Assembly (NCBI GenBank): GCA_947259715.1
Contig: CAMYNR010000097.1
Location: forward strand, 1-54,655
Reading direction: 5' to 3'
DNA: 54,655 nt
DNA from: an uncultured Desulfuromonadales bacterium
GTDB lineage: Bacteria; Desulfobacterota; Desulfuromonadia; Desulfuromonadales; Geopsychrobacteraceae
Shown here: positions 9,930 to 18,954 of the stretch, one piece after another
Position numbering within the stretch: the first letter of the stretch is position 1
Layout: every line of letters begins with the position of its first letter
The notes under the pieces: generated by a model
Database searches by the model: none
Told to the model about the DNA's origin: nothing
What the model saw: only the letters and a program-made list of their open reading frames with translations
Made by a program: the position numbers and the translations under genes

Positions 9930-11384
9930 ATGCCTATCCATCGCCTGCTGGCTGAATACCCTCTTGATGCCCTGCTGCAAACGATTCCCACCGGCCTTTT
10001 TCTGGTCGATACCAAGCAAAAAGTGGTCTACTGGAATGGTGAAGCTGAACGTCTTACCGGCTACTCCGCCGCGGAAGCCCTCGGTCAGCACTGCTCCTTT
10101 CTCTCTGGTCTGCCCTGCGGAAAGTTTTGTGGCCTGTTCAATGATCAGGTCAAAAAGCCGGTTATTGGGGTGGCCTGTACCATTCGCCACAAGGATGGGC
10201 GCCGTGTCGAGCTGACCAAAAATGTCAACCTGCTGCGGGATAAGAGCGGTAAGGTCCTTGGCGGTATTGAGGCGTTTATCGATCTGAGCCAGCAGAAACA
10301 GCAGGAAGGAGAGCTGCGCCGGGCTGTGGCTGATCAGACCAGCGAGCTGCAGCGTGAAAAGGCCAGTTTACGTGCTGTCCTCGATGGCATGGTCGATCCG
10401 GCCTACATCTGTGATTCTGAATTTCGTATCACTTTCATCAATCGCGCCATGCGTGAGATCTCTGGCGAAGCTGTCGGGGAGCGTTGCTATCAGATCTTTC
10501 ACGGCCGGCAGGAGCCCTGCGAGTCCTGCCCGCTGCAGGAGGTTCTGGAAGGCGCGGTCATACAGCAGGAGCGCAGGCTGGAGGCAACCGGCCGCACTTA
10601 CGAGATCGTCCATTCGCCTTACCCAACCAGTGAATCACCATCCCGCAAGCTCGGGGTTTTCAGAGATATTACCGAGCGTAAAGAGGCGGAAAAACGTCTG
10701 CAGCAGGCCAACCGTGAACTGGATGCCTTCGTCTCGACCGTATCTCACGATCTGCGCTCCCCGCTGACCCCGCTGATCGGTTTTGCCGAGCTGCTTGAAG
10801 AGCGCTATTCTGAGCAACTCGACCTGATTGGGCAAGAGTGTCTGGCCGAGATTAAAAAGACCGCCCACAAGATGGAAGATCTGCTTGAAGATCTGCTGGC
10901 CCTGGCCCGGGTCGGGCAGTTGAAGGACCCTGATAAACCGGTCGATACCACGCGCTTGGTTGAGGATGTCAAGGTTGAGCTGGCCGACAAAATCGTCAAG
11001 TATCAGGCCCGGGTGACGATTGGCCGGCTGCCTCAGGTGCTGGTTCCCGAACCTTTGCTTGCCGACCTGTTTCGCAATCTGCTCGCCAATGCCCTTTATT
11101 ACGCAGCTGAATATGATCCGCGCATTGAAATTGTCGGCAAACAACTGCCCGACCGGGTTCAATTTCGGGTGATCGATCATGGACCGGGGGTTCCTGAAAA
11201 CGAGCGGGAAGAGATTTTCGAACCGTTCAAGCGTGGCAGCAGCGGCGCCGGACGCAGCGGAACCGGCATCGGCCTGGCTACGGTGGCGAAGATTGCCAGG
11301 CTGTTCAAAGGCAGTACCTGGCTGGAAGAGACCCCCGGCGGTGGCGCCACCATGATCGTTGAGATCGCTTCGGGCAAAGAGTAA
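9930..11384 (+). CDS. Cytoplasmic PAS-PAS sensor histidine kinase
   Basis: Two PAS domains, H-box VSHDLRSPL, N-box NLLANA, DHGPG, GTGIGL. Confidence 0.9.
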   Translation: MPIHRLLAEYPLDALLQTIPTGLFLVDTKQKVVYWNGEAERLTGYSAAEALGQHCSFLSGLPCGKFCGLFNDQVKKPVIGVACTIRHKDGRRVELTKNVNLLRDKSGKVLGGIEAFIDLSQQKQQEGELRRAVADQTSELQREKASLRAVLDGMVDPAYICDSEFRITFINRAMREISGEAVGERCYQIFHGRQEPCESCPLQEVLEGAVIQQERRLEATGRTYEIVHSPYPTSESPSRKLGVFRDITERKEAEKRLQQANRELDAFVSTVSHDLRSPLTPLIGFAELLEERYSEQLDLIGQECLAEIKKTAHKMEDLLEDLLALARVGQLKDPDKPVDTTRLVEDVKVELADKIVKYQARVTIGRLPQVLVPEPLLADLFRNLLANALYYAAEYDPRIEIVGKQLPDRVQFRVIDHGPGVPENEREEIFEPFKRGSSGAGRSGTGIGLATVAKIARLFKGSTWLEETPGGGATMIVEIASGKE

Positions 11385-11575
11385 GTGCCCTCTCAATTCA
11401 ATTTTCTATCCTTGAGTTTTTTACTCGGCTTTTCTGCCCCCCTTTATTGACTTTCTGATCCTGGTGCGGGATGATTGTTTCAGCTGTAACGCTTTGAACT
11501 GACTGTGTATCTTAGTTTTTCAGGCCGCCCGGATTGACCGGGCTTGTTCGTTTGACTTGATTCAGAGGAGGCAAC

Positions 11576-12664
11576 ATGCGTGCATTGACGAAACCCACCT
11601 GTTTACTGATCGCTGTCCTGCTGGGCGGCTGCCTGATTCTGGGCGGAGCCGTCAGCCCGGCCGAAGCCGCTCCCAAGTACCGCTGGAAGCTGGCCATGAC
11701 CTGGCCGACCAACTTTCCGATTTTCGGCGATGCCGTTACCAACATGGCGGAAATGGTCAAGGAGATGTCGAACGGTGAGATGGAAATCCGCATCGACTCG
11801 AAAAATAAACACAAAGCGCCTTTCGGCGTGCTGGATATGGTCAAGGCTGGCCAGTATGAGATGGGGCACTCGGCGTCCTATTATTGGAAAGGCAAGGATA
11901 AAAACACCCTGTTTTTCACCACCATGCCCTTCGGGATGATCGCTCCTGAGCAGTATGCCTGGTTCTATTATGGCGGCGGCATGGAGTTGATGAAAAAGGT
12001 TTATGACCAGCACGGTGTTTATTCTTTTCCCGGCGGCAATACCAGCAATCAGATGGGCGGCTGGTTTCAAAAGGAGATTAACAGCCTGGATGATCTGAAG
12101 GGATTGAAGATGCGGATTCCCGGGTTCGCCGGCGAGGTCCTGTCGAAGCTTGGTGTGGTCGTCACCAATATCCCGGCTGGCGAGCTCTACACTGCCCTTG
12201 ATCGGGGCACCATCGATGCCCTGGAGTGGGTCGGGCCATCCCTTGATCTGAATATGGGCTTCCATAAGATTGCCCCCTACTATTACACCGGTTGGCATGA
12301 GCCCGCCACTGAGCTGCAGTTTCTGGTCAACCAGAAAAAGTTCGCCACTCTGCCGAAGCATCTGCAGGCGATCGTAGAAACGGCCATTAAACTCGCCGCC
12401 TACGACATGTACGCCCGTTCCTACAACGACAGCGCAGAAAACTGGGCAAAAATCTCTCAGGAGTATCCCAACATAAAAATTCGCACCTTCCCGCCACAGG
12501 TGATCGCTGCGATGAAGGCTGAAAATGCCAAGCTGCTCGAGGAAACCGCGGCCAAGGATGCAGCCTTCAAGGAGATCTACGAAGCGCAGAAAGCCTATAT
12601 GAAGAAGGCGCGCAGATGGACGGAAATCTCTGATTATGCCTATCTGAAAGATAACCTCGATTGA
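11576..12664 (+). CDS. dctP: TRAP transporter solute-binding protein (DctP/TakP-like)
   Basis: Signal peptide, GLKMRIPG, GTIDALEW, WHEP; precedes small and large TRAP permeases. Confidence 0.9.
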   Translation: MRALTKPTCLLIAVLLGGCLILGGAVSPAEAAPKYRWKLAMTWPTNFPIFGDAVTNMAEMVKEMSNGEMEIRIDSKNKHKAPFGVLDMVKAGQYEMGHSASYYWKGKDKNTLFFTTMPFGMIAPEQYAWFYYGGGMELMKKVYDQHGVYSFPGGNTSNQMGGWFQKEINSLDDLKGLKMRIPGFAGEVLSKLGVVVTNIPAGELYTALDRGTIDALEWVGPSLDLNMGFHKIAPYYYTGWHEPATELQFLVNQKKFATLPKHLQAIVETAIKLAAYDMYARSYNDSAENWAKISQEYPNIKIRTFPPQVIAAMKAENAKLLEETAAKDAAFKEIYEAQKAYMKKARRWTEISDYAYLKDNLD

Positions 12665-12674
12665 TAGCCAACCG

Positions 12675-12712
12675 CAGCAGGCTCCCGAACCGTTTCGGGG
12701 GCCTGCTGTCTT
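12675..12712 (+). terminator. Strong hairpin after dctP (terminator or mRNA-stabilising stem)
   Basis: cagcaggctcccgaa/ccgt/ttcgggggcctgctg. Confidence 0.6.
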
Positions 12713-12729
12713 GCCGGGCTGGGAAAATT

Positions 12730-13269
12730 ATGCTGGAAAAAATCGAACGGATAACCGATCGTTTCTCCGACCTTACCGGCTGGCTGGCTGCCTTGCTGCT
12801 CCTGGTTTTGCTGGGCAACGTTTTTTATGACGCGATCATGCGCTACTTTTTCCGCTCTGGATCGATTGCGCTGCAGGAGTTGGAGTGGCATCTCTTTTCG
12901 GTGGTTTTTCTGCTCGGCATCTCTTACGCCCTCAAAGAAGATGGTCATGTCCGGGTCGATGTCCTCTATGACCGCTTTTCGCCGAAGTGGAAGGCGGTTG
13001 TGAATATTGCCGGTACCTTCATCTTTTTGATCCCTTTGGCGCTCCTGATCATCAACGGCTCGCTCTGGTTCGTCAATGAGGCCTATGAAATGCAGGAGAT
13101 CAGTGGTGATCCGGGTGGCTTGACGCACCGGTATCTGATCAAGGCGGTCATCCCCGCCGCCTTTGTCTGTCTGACCATTTCGGCCGCAGGGTTTGTCGTT
13201 CGCAACCTGCGGATCTTTTTCGGCCAGGAAGCCCCTCCCGTGCATCACATCGAAGATGATGTGCTCTGA
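12730..13269 (+). CDS. dctQ: TRAP small permease DctQ
   Basis: 4 TM helices, ELEWHL, HVRVD motif; ATG 12730 preferred over TTG 12661. Confidence 0.9.
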   Translation: MLEKIERITDRFSDLTGWLAALLLLVLLGNVFYDAIMRYFFRSGSIALQELEWHLFSVVFLLGISYALKEDGHVRVDVLYDRFSPKWKAVVNIAGTFIFLIPLALLIINGSLWFVNEAYEMQEISGDPGGLTHRYLIKAVIPAAFVCLTISAAGFVVRNLRIFFGQEAPPVHHIEDDVL

Positions 13270-13323
13270 TCCCTGCCGCAATCTCCCTCTCCGGGAGTTT
13301 TCCTCTGAAGGACGATATCCCTT

Positions 13324-14616
13324 ATGATTGGTCTGATCATGTTTGCCGTCGCCCTGCTGCTTCTGCTGCTCGGGTTTCCGGTTGCCTTTACCTTTGGCGG
13401 GGTCGCCGTTGTCTTCGGTTTGTTGGCCGAAGGCAGCAGCATCTTTTCTATGATGCCGCACCGCATCTGGTCGATCATGAACAACACCATCCTCATGGCG
13501 ATACCCCTGTTCATCTTTATGGGCATCGTGCTGCAGAAATCGCGGTTGGCCGAGCGGCTGCTCGAATCGATGGGTTTTTTATTTGGTGAAATTCGCGGTG
13601 GCATTGCGATTTCGACCGTCCTGGTCGGCGCCCTGCTGGCCGCTTCGACCGGCGTGGTGGGGGCCAGCGTGGTCGCCATGGGGGTGATCTCGCTGCCGGT
13701 GATGCTCAAATATAACTACAACCGGAAGCTGGCAACCGGGGCGATTTGCGCTGCTGGCACCCTGGGGCAGATCATCCCGCCGTCGATCATCCTGATTATC
13801 CTCGGCGATGTCTTCCAGGAGCCGGTCGGTGATCTGTTCAAGGCCGCCTTCTGGCCCGGTTTGTCGCTGGTGCTGATTTACGTCATCTATATCGCCATAT
13901 TGGCCTTCTTCAACAAGGAGCTGGCACCACCGATCCGCCTCGTTGAGGCGACCGGCTCAAAAAAGCAGCAGGTCTTTCACGCTTTAAAGGCGATCGTTCC
14001 GCCGCTGGTTCTTATCATCCTGGTGCTCGGCTCGATCCTTGCCGGTGTAGCGACACCCACCGAGTCTTCTGCCGTTGGCGGCGTGGGGGCGATTATTCTG
14101 GCGGCCATGTACCGCCAGCTGAGTATGAGGATGCTCTGGGAGAGCTCGCTGGAGACGGTCAAGATCACTTCCATGGTCTTTGCTATTCTGGTCGGTGCCA
14201 CGGCGTTTTCCATGGTCTTCACCTATACCGGCGGCGACTGGCTGGTCGAGGATTTTATGATGGGGCTGCCGGGTGAGAAGTGGGGCTTTCTGATCCTGTC
14301 GATGCTGGTGATCATGGTGCTTGGCTTTTTCATCGATTTCGTCGAAATCTCTTATATCGTCGTACCGATCCTGGCCCCCATCGCCGCTAACCTGGGGATC
14401 GATCCGATCTGGTATGCGATTCTGGTGGCGATGAATCTGCAAACCTCATTTTTAACCCCGCCCTTTGGTTTCAGCCTGTTTTATTTGAAAGGGGTGGCGC
14501 CGCCGGAAGTGCGGACCACAGATATCTATTACGGGGTACTGCCGTTCATCGTTTTGCAGGTGTTGGTTCTGGCGGTCCTGGTGGTCTTCCCTGGGGTGTT
14601 CGGTTTCAGCGGCTAA
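13324..14616 (+). CDS. dctM: TRAP large permease DctM
   Basis: AIPLF, GQIIPPS, ATPTES, LTPPFG. Confidence 0.92.
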   Translation: MIGLIMFAVALLLLLLGFPVAFTFGGVAVVFGLLAEGSSIFSMMPHRIWSIMNNTILMAIPLFIFMGIVLQKSRLAERLLESMGFLFGEIRGGIAISTVLVGALLAASTGVVGASVVAMGVISLPVMLKYNYNRKLATGAICAAGTLGQIIPPSIILIILGDVFQEPVGDLFKAAFWPGLSLVLIYVIYIAILAFFNKELAPPIRLVEATGSKKQQVFHALKAIVPPLVLIILVLGSILAGVATPTESSAVGGVGAIILAAMYRQLSMRMLWESSLETVKITSMVFAILVGATAFSMVFTYTGGDWLVEDFMMGLPGEKWGFLILSMLVIMVLGFFIDFVEISYIVVPILAPIAANLGIDPIWYAILVAMNLQTSFLTPPFGFSLFYLKGVAPPEVRTTDIYYGVLPFIVLQVLVLAVLVVFPGVFGFSG

Positions 14617-14620
14617 ATTT

Positions 14621-14761
14621 ATGAAAAAGCAGAATCTGCCGGAAAAAATCTGTCCGGTGTGCAAGCGCCCCTTTTCCTGGCGGAAGAAGTGGGCCAAAAT
14701 CTGGTCGGAGATCAGGTATTGCAGTGAGCGCTGCAGACGTTCGCGGCTGCAGGTTCGCTGA
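14621..14761 (+). CDS. DUF2256-like small Cys-rich protein, 46 aa (not in ORF track)
   Basis: Hand translation [46 protein letters not shown]; directly upstream of photolyase-family gene. Confidence 0.85.
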   Translation: MKKQNLPEKICPVCKRPFSWRKKWAKIWSEIRYCSERCRRSRLQVR

Positions 14762-14830
14762 CAATTTCTTTCTTTCGCGACAAGGGGATCCCCGGATTGA
14801 ATCTTGACGGGATTCAATTATCTTTAAGGG

Positions 14831-16303
14831 ATGATCACCCTTATCTTTCCCCACCAACTCTTCCAGGAAAATCCAGCCATCGCGCCGGGGCGGACGGTTT
14901 ATCTGGTTGAGGAGCACCTCTTTTTTCAGCAGTACAGGTTCCATAAGCAGAAACTGCTCTACCACCGGGCGACTATGCGCTTTTATGCCGATTATTTATC
15001 GGCAGAAGGCTGCCAGGTTGAGTACATCCCGGCTCAGCGCCAGGAAGCGGATATCCGTAAGCTGGTTCCGCATCTGCAGGCCAAAAAGGTCTCCGCTATT
15101 CACTGCTGCCAGCCCACCGACGATTGGTTGAGCAATCGACTCACTCGTGTGGCGGAAAAGGCGGATATCTCCCTGAAGTTTTACGACTCGCCGATGTTTT
15201 TAAACAATGAGCAGGAGGATCTGAGCTATTTTTCAGGAAAAAAGAGCTTCCATCAGGCCGACTTCTATCAGCAGCAGCGTCTCGAAAAAGATATTTTGCT
15301 GGACGGCAGGCAGGAACCGCTTGGTGGAAAATGGTCTTTCGATGCCGATAACCGGCAGAAATACCCGCGAGGAAAAAAACCGCCCGAGGTCAAGTTTCCG
15401 AAAAAAAATAGGTTTTATAAAGAAGCCGTTAGCTATGTAGAGAAAAACTTTTCGAAAAATTATGGCCAGCTTTCGGATAGCTTCATTTATCCAACGACTT
15501 ATGCCGAGAGCGAAGCCTGGCTGGAAGATTTTTTACAAAATCGCTTCGCTGAGTTCGGTCCTTACGAAGATGCTCTGCTGGCGGACGAGCAGATCCTCAA
15601 CCATAGCCTGCTGACGCCGATGCTGAATGTCGGGCTGCTGACGCCAAGGCAGGTGCTGGAGAGAGTGTTGGAGTATGCCGAGGAAAACGCTATCCCGCTC
15701 AATTCGACCGAAGGCTTTATCCGCCAGATGATCGGCTGGCGGGAGTTTATTCGGGGCGTCTATCTACATCAGGGCGTGAACGAACGGACCTGCAACTATT
15801 GGGGATTTGAACGAAAAATACCGGCCTCATTCTGGAACGCTGAAACTGGAATCTTTCCTGTCGACAATGTCATTCGTAAATTGCTTGAAACAGGCTATTG
15901 TCACCACATCGAACGACTGATGGTGCTGGGTAATTTCATGCTGCTTTGCGAATTTGACCCCGATGAGGTCTATCGCTGGTTCATGGAGCTCTTCATCGAT
16001 GCTTACGATTGGGTCATGGTGCCCAATGTGTACGGCATGAGCCAGTTTGCCGATGGCGGTCTGATGGCCAGTAAGCCGTACATCAGCGGCAGTAATTACC
16101 TGATGAAAATGAGTGATTACCCTAAAGGCGATTGGCAGCAGGTCTGGGATGGTCTGTTCTGGCGTTTTCTGGCCAGGCATCGGGAATTTTTCGCCAAGAA
16201 TTATCGGATGTCGATGCTGTTAGGAACCCTCGACAAAATGGACGAGAGCAAAAAACAGGGGCATATGAAGAGTGCAGAGACTTTTCTTCAGGGGTTGAGG
16301 TAG
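14831..16303 (+). CDS. Cryptochrome/photolyase family protein, PhrB/CryB-type (6-4) photolyase-like, lacking Fe-S cysteines
   Basis: LIFPHQL, HKQKL, GGKWSFDADNR, GFIRQMIGWREF, HHIERLM, DAYDWV, KPYISGSNY. Confidence 0.88.
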   Translation: MITLIFPHQLFQENPAIAPGRTVYLVEEHLFFQQYRFHKQKLLYHRATMRFYADYLSAEGCQVEYIPAQRQEADIRKLVPHLQAKKVSAIHCCQPTDDWLSNRLTRVAEKADISLKFYDSPMFLNNEQEDLSYFSGKKSFHQADFYQQQRLEKDILLDGRQEPLGGKWSFDADNRQKYPRGKKPPEVKFPKKNRFYKEAVSYVEKNFSKNYGQLSDSFIYPTTYAESEAWLEDFLQNRFAEFGPYEDALLADEQILNHSLLTPMLNVGLLTPRQVLERVLEYAEENAIPLNSTEGFIRQMIGWREFIRGVYLHQGVNERTCNYWGFERKIPASFWNAETGIFPVDNVIRKLLETGYCHHIERLMVLGNFMLLCEFDPDEVYRWFMELFIDAYDWVMVPNVYGMSQFADGGLMASKPYISGSNYLMKMSDYPKGDWQQVWDGLFWRFLARHREFFAKNYRMSMLLGTLDKMDESKKQGHMKSAETFLQGLR

Positions 16304-16348
16304 GGCAGGGTGGAAGATTTAGAAGTTCAAATTGTAGCTGATCGGCCT

Positions 16349-16380
16349 GCCCCGCTCAATTTTCTCGACTGAGCGGGAGC
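16349..16380. terminator. Hairpin between convergent photolyase and small peptide ORF
   Basis: cccgctca...tgagcggg stem; no clear U tract. Confidence 0.45.
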
Positions 16381-16396
16381 AAACCGGGTTCAGTTG

Positions 16397-16453
16397 TTAC
16401 TTGTCCTTGGCCAGACAAAAAGAGCAGTTTTTGCACCTTTTCGAGCAATACAT
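16397..16453 (-). CDS. Putative 18-aa Cys-rich peptide MYCSKRCKNCSFCLAKDK
   Basis: Perfect SD AGGAGG (16460-16465) 6 nt before ATG; own sigma70-like promoter upstream; hairpin downstream. Confidence 0.55.
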   Translation of the reverse strand: MYCSKRCKNCSFCLAKDK

Positions 16454-16624
16454 GGTCTTCCTCCTTTTTTCGAATGAATAAAAAGCGTCGCTGGAGAGGG
16501 TGGCTCATGCTGGCAGATGCGTTCACCAGGCACTCTGTCCACTCAACAAAGAGTTGAATCGACTTGCTGACGCATCATTCCGGGCGGTTCACTTTCGATC
16601 ACATAGGCATGGAAAACAAGGGAA

Positions 16625-16652
16625 AGTATAGCTGGCGATTTGCAGAGGTCAA
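16625..16652 (-). promoter_or_regulatory. sigma70-like promoter TTGACC-16-TATACT
   Basis: Near-consensus hexamers on the minus strand just downstream of the ferritin-operon terminator. Confidence 0.6.
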
Positions 16653-16681
16653 ACAGGCGGAAGGATTTTTTGCTTGAAACG

Positions 16682-16717
16682 AAAAAAGGCCCCGCAGAGA
16701 ACTGCGAGACCTTATTT
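16682..16717 (-). terminator. Intrinsic terminator after ferritin-like gene
   Basis: Minus strand aaggtctcgcag/ttct/ctgcggggcc-tttttt. Confidence 0.75.
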
Positions 16718-16737
16718 TCCTGATGCCTTATTCCGGA

Positions 16738-17244
16738 CTATTCACGGACGAAGGTATCGATATCGGTTTCGTGAACCATGCCCATCAGGCGGGCGTATTC
16801 TGACTCGATAATCACGTAGTGATTATGGGTCGACTTGGCGTTCTCTTCAAAGATCGCCTTGACGGCCGGATCATCAATCTTGGCGGCCATTTCCCGCAGG
16901 CTTTCTTCCAGGCGCTTTTCTTTTTCCATGGCCAGTTCCATCGCCTTGCGGTCGCTGAAGTTGGCCAGCAGCGCCTTGTCCAGGTCGGAGAGCCACTCGC
17001 CTTCCTGGTCGGGTGGCTCATTGATGAACTCATCGAAGGGGGGCAGGTCGTTGCCGTCGACATCCTTGAATTTATCAAAGAAGTGCTTGGCGTGGTCGCG
17101 CTCTTCGCGGGCCAGCAGTTCAAAGGTCTTGATCGCATCCGCGTCCTTCATCTGGGCAGCGGCGATCTGATAAAAATTCATCGCATTTTTTTCAGTCTGA
17201 ACCGAACGGATCAGAGCATTTTTCACATCGATGTCGTTGAACAT
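16738..17244 (-). CDS. Ferritin-like/rubrerythrin di-iron domain protein
   Basis: E..A..FY, EERDH and second EKE...HY helical pair; no rubredoxin tail. Confidence 0.8.
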   Translation of the reverse strand: MFNDIDVKNALIRSVQTEKNAMNFYQIAAAQMKDADAIKTFELLAREERDHAKHFFDKFKDVDGNDLPPFDEFINEPPDQEGEWLSDLDKALLANFSDRKAMELAMEKEKRLEESLREMAAKIDDPAVKAIFEENAKSTHNHYVIIESEYARLMGMVHETDIDTFVRE

Positions 17245-17283
17245 TGGTCGTCTTCTCCTTCTCTCTCGTTATTAAACAGAATT

Positions 17284-17793
17284 TCAGTTGGTCGCAATCG
17301 GGGTAAAGACCCGTTGCGCGAGTTCCTGATCGATCATCAGCAGGCCACGGCCGTCACCTTCGATCATTTTCAGCTTTTTGATAATCAGGCCGGCACTGGC
17401 TTCTTCTTCGACCTGCTCAGTGACAAACCACTGCAGGAAAATCTGTGCGGCATGATTTTTTTCCGCCTGGGCGAGTTCCATCAGATCGTTGATTCGCGAG
17501 GTGACGATCTGCTCGTGGGCCAGAGCGGTTTCAAAAACATTCAATGGTGAACTGTAATCATTCTGCGGTTCGGTCATGGCCAGCATTTTGGCCCGGCCAC
17601 CTGCTTCGCAGACAAAGTTGAACATCTTCTCCGCATGGGCCAGCTCTTCCTGGAACTGAACATTCATCCAGTTGGCCATGCCGGGAAAGTCTTCAGCTTC
17701 AAAGTAGGCCTGCATTGCTTTATAGATGAGTGCAGAATGAATTTCGAACGCAATCTGGTCATTTAAGGCATCGACAAGCTTTTGACTAATCAT
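17284..17793 (-). CDS. ftnA: Non-heme ferritin
   Basis: LNDQIAFE, EELAHA, HEQ, FLQWFVTEQVEEE ferroxidase residues; SD GGAGG before ATG 17793. Confidence 0.92.
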   Translation of the reverse strand: MISQKLVDALNDQIAFEIHSALIYKAMQAYFEAEDFPGMANWMNVQFQEELAHAEKMFNFVCEAGGRAKMLAMTEPQNDYSSPLNVFETALAHEQIVTSRINDLMELAQAEKNHAAQIFLQWFVTEQVEEEASAGLIIKKLKMIEGDGRGLLMIDQELAQRVFTPIATN

Positions 17794-18030
17794 TATCATC
17801 CTCCAAAATAAAAATGGCCGATATGCTACCGGCAACTTTGTTCAGATCGATCCGGGGAGATGTTGAAACTGTATACTAGCAGAAAAAACCCCCGAAGATC
17901 ATCCAAAATCACCAATTTGTAAAACTTTCTCAGGCTGAGGATTGTACACTGTCGACAGTTGTCAGGGGCCGATGGCTGGGCTATGCTCAATTTTTCTTTT
18001 ACCTTTTGCACTGTTGACAGGACCCCAGCT

Positions 18031-18615
18031 ATGAAAATCTCTTCCGCCGATTTTATCAAAAGCGCCACCCGGCCGGGCAACTACCCTCCGCCGGAATTTG
18101 CTGAGATCGCCTTTGCCGGGCGCAGTAACGTCGGCAAGAGTTCATTGATCAATGTGCTGGTCAATCGGCGCAGCCTGGTGCGCACCTCTTCGACCCCCGG
18201 GCGCACCCAGCTGATCAACTTTTTCAATATCAATCAAAGCTTTTCCCTGGTTGATCTGCCCGGCTACGGTTTTGCCAAGGTGCCGCTGGCGGTGAAAAAG
18301 GCCTGGGGACCGATGATGCGCACCTACCTTGAGGTGCGGGAGAGCCTTAAGGGGGTGGTGTTTATCCTCGATATCCGGCGCCTGCCGCGCGAAGAGGATA
18401 TTCAGATGCTGGATTGGCTGGAAGAGTTCGGCGTACCGACCATTTTGGTCATTACCAAGATCGACAAACTCAGCCGCAACCAGCGTGACAGGCATGTCGC
18501 GCAGATTGCCGAGGCGACCGGATTGCCGAAAGACGCTTTCAGCCTGTTTTCTGCCCATACCCGGGAAGGCAAGGAGGAGATCTGGGAGCGGATTGAAGAT
18601 GCGCTGAACGCTTGA
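18031..18615 (+). CDS. engB: Ribosome biogenesis GTPase EngB/YihA
   Basis: [24 protein letters not shown]. Confidence 0.95.
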   Translation: MKISSADFIKSATRPGNYPPPEFAEIAFAGRSNVGKSSLINVLVNRRSLVRTSSTPGRTQLINFFNINQSFSLVDLPGYGFAKVPLAVKKAWGPMMRTYLEVRESLKGVVFILDIRRLPREEDIQMLDWLEEFGVPTILVITKIDKLSRNQRDRHVAQIAEATGLPKDAFSLFSAHTREGKEEIWERIEDALNA

Positions 18616-18677
18616 ACCTGACGAGATTGCTTTTTTTTCTGCGCTCTGCTAAAACCGCAGAACACAATTGAAAATAC

Positions 18678-18858
18678 CTGTCCGGGTGCCCGTCGTTGTG
18701 GTTTGAAAAAAAGATGGGAGAATAGGGAAGAGGGTGTAAATCCCTCGCTGCCCCGCAACTGTAAATGGTGATGACCGTCAGCAACCCACTGATTCTTGAG
18801 GATCGGGAAGGGCTGACCAGTAAGTTGAGCCATAAGCCAGGAGACCTGCCCGGATGCA
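18678..18858 (+). ncRNA. Cobalamin (AdoCbl) riboswitch
   Basis: ggtgcc...aatagggaa...tgtaaatcc...gctgccccgcaactgta...ccactg...gggaagg...agccaggagacctgcc (B12 box) ahead of cob operon. Confidence 0.95.
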
Positions 18859-18877
18859 GACCGTTGCCCTTTCGTGG

Positions 18878-18922
18878 GAGAGGGGCCGGAGTCGACGCAG
18901 TGACCCCGGTGCCTCTTTTTTG
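18878..18922 (+). terminator. Riboswitch expression-platform terminator
   Basis: gagaggggccgg...ccggtgcctc-tttttt directly after the aptamer. Confidence 0.7.
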
Positions 18923-18954
18923 GCAGTGGGGTTTCTTACTTGGAGAAAGTAGCC

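Noticed and set aside
16397-16453. Cys-rich peptide as a classical cysteine attenuator leader
   Set aside because: No co-oriented downstream gene to regulate (the next gene is convergent), and the Cys codons are spaced rather than tandem.
17784-17800. Fur-box-like TGATAATGATTAGTC over the ferritin start
   Set aside because: Only one half-site matches well and it overlaps SD/start codons that explain the sequence; too weak to call.
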